A stretch of DNA of 56,294 nt, filler included, from Basidiobolus ranarum (Eukaryota): assembly GCA_040143965.1 (NCBI GenBank). It is 6 parts of 6 records of this genome, joined end to end, with 100 filler letters (N's around TTAATTAATTAA, not from the genome) between each part and the next. Parts side by side here need not be neighbours in the genome. Positions count along the whole stretch, not along the records: positions 9,423 to 18,737 come from JASJQH010007718.1; positions 18,838 to 28,147 come from JASJQH010007719.1; 4 more parts are not named here. One strand, 5' to 3'. Below, piece by piece: positions 13,098-25,207 of the stretch; position 1 is the stretch's first letter; each line of letters opens with the position of its first letter. The notes below the pieces were generated by a model that was not told the origin of the DNA, made no database searches, and worked only from the letters and a program-made list of their open reading frames with translations. Both the position numbers and the translations under genes were made by a program.

Positions 13098-13509
13098 ATC
13101 AAAGTGAGTTCTTAGTCAAGAACAGAAAAGAGCAGGGAGATAGTGAGATATAATCCTTATTACCCCTGAAGATCAATAGAGCGCAGATATTTACTGAAGA
13201 TAAAAAGCCGTTTACCAAAGATATTGTAAGTGGTTCCCAAGGATTAGTAACAACAGCCAGAATTTTGACCAGATAACGAAGCAAAAAGTAAAGAGTAGAA
13301 GAATATATCTATCCAAAACTTTCAGAATTTCCAAAATGGTAGAGCAACTTAGTAAACAGTCAAAAGCGGTTTAAGTATATATTGAGCCTCGTGATTAATA
13401 TTTTTTGAAATCATACGATATAAATGCTACATCAATCCAAAAGACATCCAACCCTCCCCCTACTAGGGAGGGGGAGACCGAGGGAGAGTATTGATGTTTA
13501 AAAAAAAGC

Positions 13510-13557
13510 TAGGTATAGGTGTGAATAGGTATAGGTGTGAATAGGTAAAGCTATGAA
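13510..13557. repeat. 16-bp tandem repeat (2 exact + 1 degenerate) in the divergent promoter region
   Basis: TAGGTATAGGTGTGAA x2, then TAGGTAAAGCTATGAA. Confidence 0.85.
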
Positions 13558-13921
13558 TTGTTTGAAATAGAGTGAATCTCTCTAGACATCAGTTGCTGCC
13601 ATAGTTTTCACACTCTAATTACGCACATCTACAAGCCTGTTCAAACTCTTGATTACTCTCTATTGATCCACATGTTATCAGAAATATAGAAACTGACTAA
13701 TGGACCATGAATTGATTACTAAGCTGATTATTGAAACTTGTGATCGATCATAAAATCTCTCTAATAATAATCTTCGAAATCTATGGAGAAAAAGAATACA
13801 GAGCAGTGACTGCACACCTAGAGCTGTTTGATAAAAAGATATTACCTTATATTCGAAGTGGCGTCCCTTTTTGTAATACTGAAGACGAAACTCACATAAT
13901 CCTTAACTTATTACCTTAACC

Positions 13922-15427
13922 ATGACCGATGAAGAAGATAAAGATGAGAATTATTATTTAAGAGAGGAGGAAGTACTAGCTGTAGAAGTAAGTTTCAAAG
14001 GTTTCCTTAAAAAACTTGAATCTTAATTCCTGATGAAATCCAACCTTCCTCTTAGTCCATCTATGAAAATGCTTTTTCTTATACTCGATTACCTGAAGGA
14101 ATTTATTCTGGAAAGCTCACCATCAATGTTGAAGTTGAGGGTCCTATTGAGTTGAACATTCTTGGTGAAGAAACCATGAAAGTGCAATACTTGACACCAG
14201 TTTCGCTGGGTTTTACCTTGTCCAAAGAATACCCTGAGGTATCACCCGAGTACAACTTGTCTTGCTTATGGTTGACTGAAGAGCAACTTGATACTCTAAG
14301 AGAGCGGCTTGACGCAATTTGGGAAATGGAGCGCAGCGTGGTTAGTATATACCTCTAGAATGTAACCTCAAATCCTAGCTAACAACCGCTATATACATAA
14401 TTTTGTTTGTAGATTTTGTTCACCTTTGCTGATTACATTCAACACAATTTGATAGATGCACTTGATATCCATTTTCCACTACTGATAAAATCAGGTAAGG
14501 ATTTTGTTTCCTTCGTGTAGATTGGAGTCTAATTCACTCTGTTTAGAGGATGGAAGAGCTATGCTGGAACAACTAAACGATTACGACCGAGAACGTAAGA
14601 ATGAGGACTTTATCCATGGGTATTATGATTGCAACATCTGTTTCGAAGAAAAAAGAGGAGAATATTGCGTACAACTGGATCAATGCAACCACATATTTTG
14701 TCTGAACTGTTTACGTGGCTATTTTGAAATGCTAATCGAAGAGGGGATGGTGATGACCGTTCGATGCCCACATCTGGATTGCAGAAAATCGCAACAACGG
14801 CTCTCAGCATCGACAATCCAACACATTGTAGGTAGCCAGTTCTACGAACGATACGAAAAACTTTACAACAAACAAATACTAGAGTCGGATCCAAATGTAA
14901 TCTGGTGTCCAAGATTAGACTGCCAGGCCCCAGTCAGGAAAGAGAGTGAAACGGAAAAACTCTGCATCTGCTCCAAATGCGGATTTGCCTTTTGCCAATA
15001 TTGCAGTAAAACATGGCACGGTTCGAAAGTCTTTTGTCAAGTGGAAAATAGGAATCGAGTTGTGCAAGAGTTTCTATCGGCCACTGACTATGTAAAAGGG
15101 ATCATGGAAGTGCGATACGGCAAGAAGCACTTGGCCACGTTGGTCAGGAATTATTTAGAGCATATGGAGACACAAAAGTGGCTTCGATCGAATGCAATGC
15201 CTTGTCCTAGCTGTAATACCAGCATTGAGAAAACTCATGGATGCAATCACATGAAGTGTCTGGTTTGCAACTCCCATTTCTGCTATCTCTGTGGGTCCAT
15301 AATTGACAAGGATAACCCATACAAGCATTTCAATGCTCAGACTAGCAGCTGTCACATGTTGCTCTTTGAAGGTGTAGAGATCGAGGAGCCTTTTGAGCTT
15401 GATGATATCCTTTTTGAAGAGTTTTAA
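13922..15427 (+). CDS. ITT1: RWD-domain RBR E3 ubiquitin ligase (RNF14/ARA54/Itt1-like), 4 exons
   Basis: ATG 13922 MTDEEDKDENYYLREEEVLAVE, intron 13988-14056, RWD (SIY...LSKEYPEVSP..LSCLWL), then RING1 CNICFEEKRG..CNHIFCLNC, IBR WCPRLDC, RING2 CPSCNTSIEKTHGCNHMKCLVCNSHFCYLC. Confidence 0.92.
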
Positions 15428-15788
15428 ACCACAACTTGAGCTGCTTACTATTAACATCTTAGTGTCTTAGTTTAATTCATTTTCCTATGGTTGGATTCCA
15501 TTTAGAGGTGTTGGACTCATTAATAAAATGTATATATAAGGTATATGTAAATAGATGAGTGTTTGTTGATGAGATTCTAATAAGGATATCCAGAACCTTT
15601 ATTAAATATATTTCAAAGGGCTCGTCGAGAGGCACGCTCTGCTCTTTGTACTAGAGAAGTGTCAGAGAAAAGTAGGATTGGTCGTCGCGGAATTAATGAA
15701 GCTGAATGATTAAAAGTGGAGTTTTAAGATACATATAGGTTGAGATAGGAATGAGTAATGGAAAAATAGTGATACTGGATGGATTTAT

Positions 15789-16424
15789 CTACATAAAAAG
15801 CATAGGTAGATTACCAACACCGGAGGAGATACTCGCAACCATAACTGAGTTTTCTATGGCCTTTTGATCCTTCTCTAGAGAAGTGGCTAGTCGTCTTCTC
15901 AATTCATGGAAAGTGAGACCCTCCCATTCTGCCTTTTGAAGGATTCTGAATCCAGTTGTAATCAACAATGAAATTAAGGCTGAGGTGACATTTGGTTTTC
16001 CTTTGGGAAGGTAGACTTTAGAGGACGAGATACTCATACCATATGTTGGACTAATCATAGCTATAGTAATTCCCTTGTTAGAGTAACAACGGACCACATC
16101 GTCAGTTTCAAGGACCCAAGTGTAGAAGTTAGACTCATATGAAAAAGAGGCTCTAAACTTGTGGGGCTCCCAGTTAAGCTTAACGTTTGTGTATTTAAAA
16201 TGGTCACTGGATAGTCGAAAAGTTACGCCGTTCACTTGGGCTGTACAATGCCAAAGCTGGTCACGCCCATCTTCCGAAAAAAGAATATCCTCATCTTGTG
16301 AGTTGTGATGAAACCTGCATAGTACAGAGTCATCACTTCGACGAACGTCGTAGACATTTCGAAAAAGCCTCTTTGTTACTGTAAGCTCCTCCAAGCCCAT
16401 GGCCATAGCAGCGATATATAACAT
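15789..16424 (-). CDS. Hypothetical protein, 211 aa (beta-rich, possibly tubby-C/LURP-like)
   Basis: Intronless ATG-started ORF with protein-like composition; family assignment tentative. Confidence 0.65.
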   Translation of the reverse strand: MLYIAAMAMGLEELTVTKRLFRNVYDVRRSDDSVLCRFHHNSQDEDILFSEDGRDQLWHCTAQVNGVTFRLSSDHFKYTNVKLNWEPHKFRASFSYESNFYTWVLETDDVVRCYSNKGITIAMISPTYGMSISSSKVYLPKGKPNVTSALISLLITTGFRILQKAEWEGLTFHELRRRLATSLEKDQKAIENSVMVASISSGVGNLPMLFM

Positions 16425-17537
16425 GTTGACGGGCTTATACGCGCAGGTGAATTAATGGGGATATAAAGAATTCAAGCTACCAAATTATATTAAGCTAGAA
16501 ATTAAAATTTAATAGCGTGTCTAGAGTACAAAAGGAACGTTGTGAAAAGAGAAACGAATTTAGGATTAAAAGATGTGAATGAAATAAAAGTATTCAGGCG
16601 ACGCTGTAAGAGTAGATAAATAGACAATCATCCTGGTTTGAAACAAAAGGGAAATGAACCCAAATACGAGTAAACCAGGGCTGCTCAATGTTGTAGAACA
16701 GCAAATGTTACATGAGGGACCACCAATGTAACATCACAAGAGGATTCTAAATCCAATTCCATCTACGGTTCAACATCGAACCAATACTGAAGTCCAGTAA
16801 ATAGCGGATTATTGCTGTGTAGCATTGGCTGGAATTTCATATATCACTCAATCAATGTATGCATATATTTGGTGTAGTACTATAGAATTGTGTGTTACAG
16901 TTTGTTTGAGTGGCTTTAGTTTTCTATTTCATTTAAGAGGCTTTAGTAATTGCTTTAATGACTATGCAAGGGATTGTCAGTTATGGGATCAAACATTTAT
17001 TTGGCGACAAATATTTACGTGTCTGCTTTATTCTTCTAATCCTAATTCTGGCTCAATATGGCTTAATGTGACTACGACTAATCTCATGTATGCTTTGTGA
17101 AGAACTGATACCTGATATTGTGCGGGGCTAAAACTAATTTTAAACTCATTTGCTAATCTTTCACTTGACAACCCTTGTCTTTATTTAGCTAAGTGCGGAT
17201 ATCGTAACTGGTATATAAAAGTATGACTAGAGTTTCATGGTAATCGAAGTTGAAAGTTAAGCTTTTTCCTTTTAGGTAACTGATCAAGAAATTTTCTCGT
17301 GTATATGTGTCACCTCTATTTGTGATATTTGGTTTTTAAACGGAAATTAGTGGAAACTGTATCGCATTCACTTGCAAGACTTCCCAGAATCTCGTGAATG
17401 GCCATATTGTCACACTGATATATAATGAAGTCATTGTTGCTACGAAACGTGGCTCCAATTAAGGTTCTATTTGGAAATATGATGTTTATTGGGATTTATA
17501 TGTATACATTGTACAGTAAAGGGTATAGTGTCGATGT

Positions 17538-18581
17538 CTAGTTTTCTAGGACAACTCTGTAGCGAACTTTACCATCACGAACACGTTGAATTGCTTCATC
17601 AATCTTCGACATTGGGAATTTCTCGATCATAGTACGTACATTATGTTTGGTACAGAAATCCAGCATAGCCTTCTGGTCATCAATGGATCCAATTGCACTT
17701 CCGGTAAGGGTGGCATTTTTAGCAATAAGAGCAAATGGTGAGATCTTAACCTTGTCAGAAGGAATACCAAGTAGGATCATTTTCCCGAGGACATCCAACA
17801 TACTGGCATAGGTGTCATATGGAGCATCTTCAACCGAAGCAGTGACCAATATGAAGTCCAAAGAGCTCTGGGTTTTCTTGAGGTCATTCTCATCCTTAAT
17901 ATTTATGAAATGTTTGGCTCCAAGTTTATGTGCCTCCTCTTTCTTGTTCATGGAAGTGGAGATGGCTGTGACTTCAGCGCCCAAAGCATTTGCAAATTGA
18001 ATGGCAAGATGGCCTAGACCACCAATACCAATCACACCAACTCTATCACCAGCCTTGACACCATGTCTTCTCATAGGAGCGAAGACGGTGACACCAGCAC
18101 AGAGAAGAGGAGCGGCCTCAGCCGAGTCAAGGCTATCAGGGATCTTGAAGGCATAGTTGGAGAGAACCCTAACATGCTTGGCCCATCCACCATGGGATTG
18201 TGCACCATCTGAATATCTACCTCCGGAGGTAGCAATGAGTCGAGGACAATTGGAGTCGATACCAGAGCTACAAGCTTTACAATCAGGTTGAAAGCAAGCA
18301 GAAGCTTGATATCCGACACCAACTCGATCACCAATCTGGAGCTCAGATACCTTGGAGCCCTTAGCAGTCACCTTACCGATAATCTCGTGACCAGGTACAA
18401 GGGGAAACTTGCTCATTCCCCAGTCATTGTCAATGTTATGTATGTCAGTACCACAGATACCACAATGAGAGATCTCAATCTCAACATCATCGTCACCTAG
18501 AGGACGAGGCTCATAAGTCCAAGGCTTTGGGTTTTCCCCTTGGTTATAACAGGCGTAGCAATGGAATTGTTGAGAAGACAT
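17538..18581 (-). CDS. Zn-dependent NADP alcohol dehydrogenase (cinnamyl-ADH/Adh6-like)
   Basis: CGICGTD, GHEIIG, structural Zn cysteines, APLLCAGVTV, GIGGLGH, VRYRVVL; intronless, 347 aa. Confidence 0.95.
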   Translation of the reverse strand: MSSQQFHCYACYNQGENPKPWTYEPRPLGDDDVEIEISHCGICGTDIHNIDNDWGMSKFPLVPGHEIIGKVTAKGSKVSELQIGDRVGVGYQASACFQPDCKACSSGIDSNCPRLIATSGGRYSDGAQSHGGWAKHVRVLSNYAFKIPDSLDSAEAAPLLCAGVTVFAPMRRHGVKAGDRVGVIGIGGLGHLAIQFANALGAEVTAISTSMNKKEEAHKLGAKHFINIKDENDLKKTQSSLDFILVTASVEDAPYDTYASMLDVLGKMILLGIPSDKVKISPFALIAKNATLTGSAIGSIDDQKAMLDFCTKHNVRTMIEKFPMSKIDEAIQRVRDGKVRYRVVLEN

Positions 18582-18737
18582 TTTGAATCAGAAATAATAA
18601 TTGAGTACAGGTTATATTCCATATTTATATAGATTTCTAGCAGCGATATGCGCTCATAATGTTTTTCGATATTTGACTGTCAATTAGTAATCTATGCTAG
18701 AAGCTTCATCTACGGATTCTTGGGCCGAATCCCGAAA

Positions 18738-18837
18738 NNNNNNNNNNNNNNNNNNNNNNNNNNNNNNNNNNNNNNNNNNNNTTAATTAATTAANNNNNNN
18801 NNNNNNNNNNNNNNNNNNNNNNNNNNNNNNNNNNNNN
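18738..18837. other. Artificial contig spacer
   Basis: N44-TTAATTAATTAA-N44. Confidence 0.99.
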
Positions 18838-19678
18838 GGTAGATAATTTGAACGAATATTATAAAGTTGACAATGAAGACGTCGATGACGTAAACACTCA
18901 GCCAATTGAAGAAGATGAATTGGAAGATCAGCAAGTACCAGAGGAACCTGCTACACCTTTATTATCAGCACTTCCCGAATCTCAGCCATTGTCCTCATTG
19001 ACAAAAGGTAGACCTTTGCGTAATAAACGTAAACCTACACCTGTTGCTAGAGAAGCCCCTACCTCCCAAACGGAACTATTACAAAAGGCGATCGAAGAAG
19101 ACACGGTAAATATAAGATTAATTTACTTCCATCTATTTAGTTACATATTCCTTAATCATTGAACTCTGGTATTTCACCAAATCTAGCAAGCGGTAGATAC
19201 CTCTAAAGAAGCAGAGAAATCTTCTGTAGAGCCAGTCAAAGTAGAAACTCCTATTTCACGTGAAATCTCGAAAGAATCATCAGATAAAGTGAATGATGAT
19301 GACAGTGAACCTAGATTAGTGAAGCCTTCTGCATTCAGAGGACAAGCTACACCGTTCGCAAATCTTTCATTCGGAAAATCCGGTGTACCAGGACTCCTTA
19401 AACAAACTGGGCATGTCGGAGAACTAGGACGTAGGATTGGTAGCGGTAATTATGAAAATAATCATGGCGAAGGAAGTTCCACCTCGGACATATCACCACG
19501 TAAATACCAAGGAGTAGCAGGAGCATCACAAGCTCTAGCGTTGTCAGAATTGGAGAATAAAATGAAGAATTGGATGAAGGAAGAGCTACAAAAACTTAAA
19601 GAAGAATTAAAAGAAGAAAGAGAAGCCAGACAAAGATTGGAAGAAGAATTAAGAGAATTGAAGGAATCCAGAGAATGA
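18838..19678 (+). CDS. 3' part of a CD2AP/CIN85-like adaptor (CPI-like motif, C-terminal coiled coil); 5' truncated
   Basis: Two in-frame exons joined by intron 19106-19186; LSSLTKGRPLRNKRKP; terminal heptads ELKEEREARQRLEEELRELKE. Confidence 0.65.
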
Positions 19679-20060
19679 TCATATTCGCTTTCAAACCCCC
19701 ATCTCCTTCTTTGCACTACTCGCTTACTTCATTCTTGATCATACTTGATATATCATTGTCACTTCACGCTTTCAATAAGCATTTTCTTTCCCCAAAGGCT
19801 AAATTCATTCATATTCTTTTAAAAACATCATTTAAATATATATATTGATTTCTACCATGGTATTTATACCGGGAATAATTCAGTAAAGAAAAGATAACAC
19901 GCATATGGAGACAGTAAATGTTTTTGTTCTTGGGGTTGATAATTACAAAAGATCAATGTAACTATGATACATACATATTTATAAAGTAAACTAAAATATT
20001 GATCTCTATACTGAATTGAAAGAAACAGTGACGACAGGAGGGGAGAGAGGAGGTAAAGGA

Positions 20061-20698
20061 TCAATAAACCTCCCGAGAACCCTTGGCAATTGGAAATAAG
20101 TTCCAGAAAGTTTTCAGCAAATAAAATGTAAATGATATCACTTTCATGGTGATCATCGTCACTACGCTCAATACAGTGAATGTTAAAGCTGATATGAAGA
20201 GAAATTCTTGGATACCAGTGTTTCCAGCATAGGTTCCTGCGATGATAGCACCAAGCAACAGAAATCCTAACCCCCGACCACGTCCTAACCCTAGCTTTTT
20301 AAATCCTTTGATTGCATAAGCGATAGAGGATACGGTGAATAATATCATGGTTTCTTGAATCCCTAATAAAATGGCTAGAACCTGAAGGTTAGTACTCTAT
20401 ACAGTAATAATAATGGACATTGTTGAGACGTACTTATGATGGTAGTTATCCCCGCTAGTAGTATGATGATCAATAAATCGCGTACACTTGGTACTACCAA
20501 GGCTACAGTAGCTAGTAAAGAAACCAGAAAGAATTCCCAAGGACTCGCTATGCAAGCAGTCACCAGAATCAGTCCAACCATGGCAACAAGTTCTAAGGTA
20601 ACAATATTCCTCAGCTTATCCTGAGTCGTACGTATGAAAGGGATAATGGAAGTCCTTAACGTACTTTTGACATTCACATTATCAATACTAAGAATCAT
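20061..20698 (-). CDS. Hypothetical multi-pass membrane protein, 192 aa, 2 exons
   Basis: Intron 20433-20375 (GTACGT...CTAAC...TAG) joins two hydrophobic ORFs in frame. Confidence 0.7.
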
Positions 20699-22585
20699 TC
20701 TTGGTTATGGGTATGGGAATGGGAATGACTACGGTTATGAATTCAGTAAAGGGTGTGGAATGAAGAGACAAGCGTTAGATATTGAATTACTCTTCTCTTA
20801 ACTAACTCTATTGATTTATACGTGAAGTTTAACAAAGCAATATCACATGTAATAGGCAGAGATTGGCAGGATAAGGAAGCTGATTGGTCATTTGTTCGGT
20901 TAGGTCGTTGGATGAGCTGCTTTTCATATGGCAGCGCTCAATTTGGTAGGCACAGATAACATATGAAGAAAACAGAAAAAAAAGATTGTTCGGATTTGCG
21001 TTTTGTCATTTTCACGGATGGATACTTAATATGGATAATTGCCAAGGGCCATGACTTATTTCTTTGATCATATTTACCGTGACTATTCATTGACCGCATT
21101 TGCTTTTATGCCAGGTGGATATTCGGAAGCTATGACATTCAGGGCATGTTCCATAACTCTGCTCTTGACACCTTTTCTTGCTTTATTAGGCTGATGTAAA
21201 GTAAAATCAGCCAATCACAATTAGCTCTGAAGATGATTTCTTCCCTATACAAACATATTGAATCCCTCCAGTGACGTATCTACCTTGATCAGCGCAGGCG
21301 TAGCATTTGAGCTCCGCCTGAGATAAAGTAGTAAGGGCATGGGAGTCAATACTGACATGGTAATATGCTTCTTGCTAACGAAGTACATTTGCAAGGACTG
21401 ACCAAGTGGACGATTCGTGATAATTAGAGCAAAGGCATTACCTGATTTTTATAGTTGTGGCAGTGTAAAAGTTACCTATCCATAAGTTCATAAGAAAAGA
21501 GTAAACACAGGGGAATTGAGGTTGAGGAGAATCCTAACCTGAGAAGCAGTGACAGCTCAACATATGTAAATACCATTATTATTAGTGAATAATGACCAAG
21601 TCCATTCCAACGGGTAATATCAAATGTGGATTCCTCTAGATCTAGTATGCGATTTAAGGAACCTTAGAAACCACAACTTCAGTCTCCAATTCGATTGTGA
21701 TAGCTCAAAAAACATGTTGTGGACTTCTTACTTGATTGATGGAGACGTTCTTGTTCTTTCCTAATATTCTTACGTCTTTAGTTCTTTGCAACAGCTGAAT
21801 GCAAACCATTACTGTGTGCATGCATTTATCCTATAGACATATCCTCAACTTAAATCAGGATCCACTTGCCACATTTGTACTAGTTCGAGAGCAAAATAGA
21901 CTGTTCCTAAATAAAATCAGAAGTCTGCATTATATGCCTGCCAAATACAGGAGTCGCCATGTGAAAATCTAGATTTTACATCATATATTCAGAATTTCAT
22001 TACTGACTATGTCAAGCCAATCATGATGAATTTCGATGCATGCTAATTCACAAAGCCAAAACTTCCGCCGGATCACCCACATGAAGACTTCCACACTGTA
22101 CTTACTATGCATCAAGAGTACATAAAAATTTTACAGGCCTCTGGATAGCAGTATGGTTGTAACTTTGTAAATTATCAATCACTTTATATATATATTAATT
22201 TTTATTATATACATTCCATATCAATCCGAGCCAGATCTCTATACACGCGATTTGGAATAGAGAATGCACCTCTTGTGTCCATCTCTCTCTTTCTTTGTTG
22301 GTATAATTGGTTAGATAGGTGGGTTTGATAGGTTCCCTCAGTCGAGTTAGTAGTTGTATTAAAATTCGTGTAGCATAGCTATGCATCAAAGTCAAATGGT
22401 ACTTGCTGTATTAAACCCATGATACTGTCTCTTCTAGCTAGTTTTCTACCCAATTAATAACACCCTGATTCCTCAGAAACGATTTGCTTCTCTACTCTTG
22501 ATGGGTTTCTTGAAAGAATGGTCGATTCTCTTGGGTAATTATGAACCAAGCATCAACTTAATTGATAACTCTCTATAGTTTTTAT

Positions 22586-22791
22586 TTTGGTTCCAAAAAG
22601 TTTTAATCCAAGATAAGAAGCGGGTTTAAAAATAGTTAACATTGTGTTGTTGTTGCAACTAGAGTCTGATATTACAAATCTTTCAAACCCTACGAGAAAA
22701 AGTATTTTTTTAGTTAAGATTCGAATTTGGTTCCAAAAAGTTTTAATCCAAGATAAGAAATGGGTTTAAAAATGGTTAACATCGTGCTGTT
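22586..22791. repeat. Two ~66-bp direct repeats 140 bp apart
   Basis: TTTGGTTCCAAAAAGTTTTAATCCAAGATAAGAA..GGGTTTAAAAAT.GTTAACAT.GTG at 22586 and 22726. Confidence 0.85.
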
Positions 22792-23516
22792 CTCCATAGA
22801 TGTAATGGTTTTAAAATTCTGAATCAACAAAGTACTTGATCTTGAGAATGTGGAGTCAATATTGGAGTTAGGGTTGGGGTTCAAGATAGGTTTCAATTTC
22901 TCAGCCCTTGAATATTTGGCTGTAGCTTTACTAACTGATGTTGCAATATGACACCATATATTTTATAGGAGGATCTCCTTGATTGTATCATCTCATAGTT
23001 GCCACCGATGGTGGGGCTTACAAATAAAGTTGATGGAATACCGCCATCCCCAACTCCAAACTCCAATCATCCCAAGCAGTCGCTGCGATTTATGATATTG
23101 CCAGAGAATACACCTCTGCTGATAGTATAGATGCAGATCACGATGTCAATCTAGTAGCTGTATCAGTCAAAGTACCTTATCACAAGAAATCCATTTTGCC
23201 TGCCATAGAAACTAAAAAAGATATATTTTCCGAATGATTCCTAGGTGTTAATATTGGAGAAACGCAAGAGGCGGGTTTAAGAACCATGTTTGGTCTACAA
23301 GCGCGGCAACATGTAGTAGCTATTGAAGTTGAAAAACTTGTAAATTCTGGAAAACTAGGTGAAAATTTATTAACCACTTTCATGGGTTAGGTGAGACGTG
23401 GATGAATCGTTTGCATATCTGTCTGTGTTCTCGAATCATATGAACGTCGAGTTAATTCGCTTTTAGCATCGCTGGGACTATAACAAGACCATGATTAATT
23501 AAAGGTTTGTATTCAG

Positions 23517-23588
23517 GGCTCAGTGGTCTAGTCGTATGATTCCTCGTTCGGGTCGTGGAGGTCCCGGGTTCAATTCCCGGCTGAGCCC
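23517..23588 (+). tRNA. tRNA-Pro(CGG), intronless
   Basis: Acceptor GGCTCAG/CTGAGCC, anticodon CGG at 23549-23551, T-arm CCGGG-TTCAATT-CCCGG. D-loop lacks GG; one T-T mismatch in the anticodon stem. Confidence 0.88.
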
Positions 23589-23592
23589 TCAA

Positions 23593-23598
23593 TTTTTT
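23593..23598 (+). terminator. Pol III terminator of tRNA-Pro
   Basis: T6 run 4 nt after the tRNA 3' end. Confidence 0.7.
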
Positions 23599-24355
23599 GT
23601 TATGATTGGATGTACGCTCTATTGATTTGGCGTTTTTTTTTTCAGAAGTTTACAAGGTATCATTTTTGCACAAGTTTGATGGAAAAGGCATTGAAATATC
23701 TATAATAAAAATTTAATAACCATACGAGTACCACTGTGTATTTCTATCTCAAAGTTTACTACTTTTGCTCATAGCTGATCCTCTCTATTTCTTTTGCTTG
23801 TTCAAATTTGTGGAAGCAGTTACTTAGTCAAACTACTGATTTTACAATATTATGTAATATTGATGTACTAATTGAATTTGAAGAAAGAGTCATCAACTAA
23901 TCATTGAAGATGTTAGTATATTGCTCCTTATTCAATATATCATCAATTGTGTGCTACACTATAGGGTCATCCAATCCTTAGAATATAGTACTTACTATTT
24001 GGATCCACATGGGGAAAATCATCATAACTTTCATGATATTCTTTATGTATCAAATGATATGTAAGTTTTTTACGGATTATATAATTGACTTGTATCAACT
24101 ACAGATTGTGCAACATAGATTAAAATATTCATTGGGTATTAGTAATAACCATTGTAAGTGGGAAAACATAGCATATTCAGAGAGTTTATAGGTATATAGA
24201 TAGAATAAGGCTAGGCACTTAAATACTTGTGTGCTATTTACACCCTACTAAATACTTCTTATTATGAAATATGTTTGATAGCTAGTAATTGAGAAATATA
24301 ATGAACTAATGCTTTGATGCTTTTCAAATTCTTCTCCCATTATTCTAGATGTATA

Positions 24356-24692
24356 TGTTGAAGTATTTTGGGAGTTGTTGCAAGTGATTTGAAGAACTTG
24401 AAGAATTGGTAGTTTTCACATGATGACTTATTGGGCGTAAGTTGATATTTATACTTTTGTCAAGAAGCAAATAAACTGACGTGTAAAATATGTTCATGAA
24501 GGCCCCAGGAACATGTGTACAAAGTTTTGGATTTCTTGGACACGTTTAAGAAAGTCACATCATCTTCAAACTTCCTAGTTGATAAAAATATTGAGCGTAA
24601 ATTCCAAGTAAAGATATTGAATAATAACGTAGTGAAATTTAGGTAGCTAACTTTATGACTATTTAGATGCTTAAGCTATGTCATTATCGACA
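24356..24692. mobile_element. Solo LTR (337 bp) with 5-bp target-site duplication GTATA
   Basis: Termini TGTTGA...TCGACA; GTATA at 24351-24355 and 24693-24697; aligns with 52171-52519 and ~34290-34598. Confidence 0.88.
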
Positions 24693-25207
24693 GTATACAG
24701 AACATAATTTTACTAGTATGACCCTTCGTATTCATCACTATTAGTGTACCGCTTGTGTACCCACTTCACTCAATTCATGTATCTTCAACTTGATTTTAGT
24801 ACAACAAATTCTATTCCCTAAGCTAGCAATGAAGATTACACCACCATTGCCTTGTTACAGCTTACAACAGCAATCGCTACTTATCTCCAGGAATCAAAAG
24901 GTAACACAAACTTCGAATTCTCCGAGAAAACCAAAAGGAAGTATAATGAGAATTATTAACTACCTAAAAAGTACCCTGTCTTTATATCTTACTGTCCGAG
25001 TTTGAAAATACTATATGCGCCGATCTATAGAATATTTACACTTTAAGACAAATATCGCTTCATGCAGGATTCCCATTTTTTACACTTTGGATCCTGTTGT
25101 ACACTTATTTCGCATGCACAAGTGATGTCATATCCCTGTAATACTACCTGATAACAAAGTTTTCACTAATTAACATATACTCCCGAAGAATCTTTCGTGA
25201 TTTTCAA

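Noticed and set aside
17538..18581. Intronless ADH (and PRS at 47751-48716) as bacterial HGT or contamination
   Set aside because: Both resemble ordinary fungal family members and sit on contigs with intron-containing genes; lack of introns alone is insufficient.
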